This document shows, piece after piece, positions 59,526-64,000 of a stretch of 64,000 nucleotides of DNA. The translations under genes and the position numbers were made by a program. The stretch lies in assembly GCF_902459465.1 (NCBI RefSeq), contig NC_047062.1, positions 5,704,001 through 5,768,000 on the forward strand, in the 5' to 3' direction. This DNA is from Asterias rubens. Lineage: Eukaryota. The notes under the pieces are model-generated. The model was not told where the DNA came from, did no database searches, and worked only from the letters and a program-made list of their open reading frames with translations. Numbering within the stretch: position 1 is the first letter of the stretch; the number at the start of each line of letters is the position of its first letter.

Positions 59526-60152
59526 GTATTGAATATCCGCAGCTTTTCTATCTAAAAATGTGATTGGCCGACGTGTTATCTTCCATTGTGATAGCACAAT
59601 AACTTGAAAGTTTTAACTTTTTACCGGTTTAGCATACACCGGTAAAAAAAATACTCCCCCACCCGAAAAAATAATTTGTTATTGGTAACACAGAATTTGA
59701 TATGTTATATTATTTATTAATCATTGTTTGTTCATTTTTGTTTTGTTTAAAAAATGAATCTATTTAACCTTTGCATTTGCTTATTTGACTATTTATTAAT
59801 TTATTTATATATGCTATATATATTATTTATTTATCTTTGGGGTATTATTACTATTAAGATCAATTTATTGTGCATTTCCCTTTCTCACTTTCTGTTTGGG
59901 TTGGGGTGTCACAAGGGGTCTGAGTCGGGGGGGGGGGGGCAAGGAGTTCCCCTTCCACTGTTACGCCACTGAGCCGGAGGGCATACAAACAAAGCTCTTC
60001 AATTTATTATGTGAGACTGAGACAACAATAAAGCTTGTAAATGTTTATGCAAACCGAAAACAACACACACAACGTTCAAATTCCATGAAAATTATCATGC
60101 CTGAAGAATGTTGTCTGAGCAGTAAATACAATGCATGTGAGTTGGTTATTAA

Positions 60153-60360
60153 AGGACGCTATTGGTAATTATCAAAGACCACTCTTCTCACTTGGTATAT
60201 CTCAACATATGCATAAGTAACAAACCTGTGAAAATTTGAGCTCGATTGGTCGTCGGAGTTGCGAGATAACTATGAAAGGAAAAAAACCTTGTCACACGAA
60301 GTTGTTTGCTTTCAGATGCTTGATTTCGAGACCCCAAATTCTAAACTTGAGGTCTCGAAT
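60153..60360 (-). mobile_element. Half MITE family A copy
   Basis: TTAA|aggacgctattggtaatt... breaks off inside the internal hairpin. Confidence 0.8.
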
Positions 60361-61537
60361 AATTATGTTTAGTAATTACTAATACTGAATGTCATCGGTA
60401 ATAATTTCAATACAGGCCTCATAAATATCATTCGCAGATTAAATCTGCAAACAATTAGCAGAAAATATGTTTTACCCCAAAGTACATCTAAAACGATGCC
60501 AGAAACCATCTGTGTGTTTTCTTTAATAATTCATACACGCTAAACGCACGAGTCATTGTCCCCTCTCAGTATTCACGGTTTTAATTACACATCTGTGGTT
60601 GTCTCTCAATAATGAATTACTTGGTTGAGTTCGCTCATCAGGATACCATGAAACCATGAAACCATCAGGTCAGAAATGATCTCACGTAAAATAACCATCC
60701 GTTGACATTTCACACGGCGAGGGAAGATCATTGAAGGTTGCAAGAGTGTTGAATGAGGTCAAACGTAACCTTCAAAGATATAATTATTCGAAATTCACCT
60801 TTAAATGTCACAAACAGAACGCGTCAACTACATTGGAGATGTGCAACTCTAACGAGGGTTGAGAGATACCGATGTTATGGTAATTCAAAGTGGGATTCTC
60901 GGTCACGATCACCAGCTTAATCTTTTGAACTTGAATGTCCGGGATGGAATGAGGTCAACACTCCACAAACCGAAGAAGTATCAGTCACTCTTGTATTTTC
61001 CGAACTTGACAAACAATTTATCGAAAATGTGTTTAATAATGGAGGTATAAATGATGTGGTTGTAAAAACGTGAAATTGGAAAGGACCGTCATGACACAGT
61101 CACTAGGAGATGTAGTAAATGCATGTCTTTGTCACTGTCTAGGATTCTGGTTTTCGTTTATTTCTTTTGCAAAGCTTCATGAGCTTCATTTCAAAACTTC
61201 CCGGCATTGTTCAGCCTGTCATTGACTGCCAACCAACCACCCCTTTAACTGAACAAATCAGTAGTGCAAGACACCCATCCCAAAGCATCAGGATGGTATT
61301 AACTGAAAACTTCGAAGACGACATTTCCAAAAGTGCATTGATATCTTAACTTGTACCCGGTAGGCTAGTCAACCTCACCATTCAGTCCCCAACCATCATC
61401 TTATGGTTTGCTGAATTATGTTCAGTTGGTCTTCCACTCAATTGCTCCATGATTGACTGTAGACATCAGATTGAGATGCACATTAACTGTAATACTAAAA
61501 AGACGCAAAAGCTGTCGCAGACTCCATCCTCCTTTAA

Positions 61538-61899
61538 AGGCACTGAACACTATTGGTAATCACTCAAAATAATTGTAAGCATAAAAACTTACTTGGTAAC
61601 GAGCAATGGAATTCTGTTGATGGTAGACAACATTGTGAGAAACAGCTCCCTCTAAAGTAGCGTATAGTTTTTGAGAAAGAGGTAATTTCTCAAACAAATA
61701 ATAAAGGACCTCAGCTGAAGCCTTTTATAATGCATCTGAAAGCACACAACAAGGGTGTCTTTTCTGTCATTATTTTCTTGCAAATTCGATGACCAATTGA
61801 GCCAAAATTTTCACAGGTATGTTTTTCTTTTAAGGCATATGTTGGAACATACCAAGTGAGAATACTGGTATTTGCAACTACCAAAGGTGTCCAGTGCCT
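61538..61899 (+). mobile_element. MITE family A-related copy
   Basis: TTAA|AGGCACTGAACACTATTGG...ggtgtccagtgcct|TTAA. Confidence 0.85.
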
Positions 61900-63230
61900 T
61901 TAAGAAAAGGGAGGCTGAGTGAATACACTTCAAGTAAGCTGTCAGCTAAGGAGCAATGAAGCAGTTTAAATTCATAGATCGTCTTCATCGCTATGCAGTC
62001 TTAGGATTAGGAGGATAATGTCTTCTGTCTCAAACCTTAAGTCTTGCTCTCTTATACTTGAATTTATAAGATCCAGTTGAGAATGCTCGACATATTATTA
62101 AGCACACCTTGCAATGTATTAGCAGCTTCAAATAACTGGAAGGGGCTTGCTTTCTCCTGGAAATATTAAAGATACATGTTTGTTGTCATCGTCATGGTGA
62201 TTTATAAGCAAACTTGTAAAGAATATATAATAAAAATCACCTGTGAAAGTTCCAGCTGAATAAAGTGCCCACTTGCTGAGAAAGAAACCAAGCAAACAAT
62301 TTCACGGTGTTTTCATACAGACGTTGAATCAACCAACGTTTAGCGAGGTGAAAGTGGCACCAACCGCATCTGTGGCCGCAGCATTCACGAACGGACACCA
62401 ACCCTAATACATATGAGAGAGATGATTCGAAGGGATCATTTTCCAAAATAATTTATACTATAAGCAGCTACATGCTTTTTTCTTGTTTCTTTTGAGTAGA
62501 GCTCTAAGACTCCGTTTATTCATCACCAGTGAAAATAAAGTACAGACATCTTCAATGGAACATTAACACATGCTGTTAGATCAATACATTAAGGATACAA
62601 GAGGCTATTTAAAAGAAAATGAACAAAGGTGATATTACATATCAAACAACAAGAACATCAAAACATGATAAAAAGCAAATTTATGCAAGAAAAACGTTGA
62701 ACTTAAAACGAATGTAAAGGACAGTAACTGAAAAGATGAACTTCTATTTAAATCAAAGTGTAAATTTTGGAGTCTGATCTTCATTGAGTAAGTTTTTATG
62801 ATCATTTTGTTCTTAGGGGGGGGGGTATTTATCCCAATCTAGATGAGTTAGCCATACCATAAATAAAATAAAATAAAAACAAGAGCGCACAAACACAATG
62901 CAGTCGTTATTAGACTTGCTTCAAATAACTGGAAAGGGCTCTTCTAAGAGCCACCACCACCACAGTTTTTCTTAGTTATTAGACTGGTTTGCTTGACCTA
63001 CGTAGTCATACATAATAACCGTGTCACTGATATTCTAATTTGATTACTGCCATTTACTGGTTATTTTGGACAGCAAGTATGACGATAAAAGTATTCTGAA
63101 ATTTAATACCGCATTATAGTGGCGTTACGTTATCTCAGAATGCCGATTGGTTCGTATAGGGTCCAGTCCCTGCAAATCACAATTCCACCAAATCGCAAAA
63201 TCACAAAAATTATTTGCCAGAACGATTTAA

Positions 63231-63611
63231 AGGCAGTGGACACTATTGGTAATTACTCAAAATAATTATTGGCACAAAACCTTTCTTGGTGACGAGTAGT
63301 GGGGAGAGGTTGATGGTATAAAACATTGTGAGAAACGGCTCCCTCTGAAGTGCCATAGTTTTTGAGAAAGAAGTAATTTTCCACGAATTTGATTTCGAGA
63401 CCTCAGATTTAGAACTTGAGGTCTCGAAATCAACCATCTAAACGCACGCAACTTTGTGTGTGACGAGGGTGTTTTTTTCTTTCATTATTATCTTGCAACT
63501 TCGAAGACCGATTGAGCTAAAATTTTCACAAGTTTGTTATTTTATGCATATGTTGAGATAAACCAACTGTGAAGGCTAGTCTTTGACAATTACCAATAGT
63601 GTCCACTGCCT
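63231..63611 (+). mobile_element. MITE family A copy
   Basis: TTAA|AGGCAGTGGACACTATTGGTAATT...AATTACCAATAGTGTCCACTGCCT. Confidence 0.9.
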
Positions 63612-64000
63612 TTGAAGGTGACATTTACCAATTTTGTATCGTTGCTTATTGTTGATTCTGTATCCCTGGATATGAATTAATTGTTAAAGGTTGGTATTCT
63701 ACAAATGACATGTTTGAAAGGGCAGATCGTCGCATCAGACCTTTTTCTGTGCGTTTAACCAATTAGTAATGCATAATCTTTAACCAAGGTCCATTGTCAG
63801 TCTGAATCAATGTGCATGAAATATGAACAACTAATGAGCAAAACTCGTGCACATAAACAAAACCATTTGGGGGAGGGGGCGTCACATTGCTACTGCGGGC
63901 AATCTCAGGCATCAAGTTTCATCTCCAATGGCAACCCAAGGCACATAGAAACAAACCTAATTGTTTGACCCTTTTTGAACATCACAAACTTAATAGGCCC

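Noticed and set aside
60650-61460. Possible decayed pseudogene (leucine-rich or acidic short frames)
   Set aside because: Frames are under about 60 codons with no splice pattern or family motif that I can recognise.
5852-63451. Recurring similar ORFs (e.g. MSHEVVCF...[11 protein letters not shown]) suggesting a small gene family
   Set aside because: All are chance read-throughs of family-A MITE copies, in varying frames and with no transposase motifs.

Overview
Eukaryotic, AT-rich, repeat-dense genomic DNA. The repeat landscape suggests an invertebrate deuterostome, probably an echinoderm such as a sea star; this is inference. One minus-strand gene spans most of the window: a K+-dependent Na+/Ca2+ exchanger (SLC24/NCKX, NCKX3/4-like). 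I rebuilt it by hand as 18 GT-AG coding exons from ATG 53491 to TGA 6577. Exon phases are fully consistent (1872 nt, 623 aa), and both alpha-repeats and an N-terminal signal/TM0 segment are present. Introns and flanks hold about 18 TTAA-flanked MITEs (Kolobok/T2-like), fold-back and palindromic elements, tRNA-derived SINE pieces, a 51-bp x16 minisatellite and LINE tails. Most worth a second look: (i) three minimal hammerhead-ribozyme-like motifs of the Penelope type, one on the sense strand of intron 1; (ii) a 321-bp terminally redundant tRNA-containing insertion with a 12-bp target-site duplication; (iii) local tandem duplications of splice junctions at three exons; (iv) seven perfect CRE palindromes and several RFX X-box-like motifs in the 5' part of the gene. 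Apart from exon-containing frames, the ORF track looks like noise or repeat read-through. I found no CRISPR array and no prokaryote-type system, and I cannot show that anything here is a new biological system without database searches.
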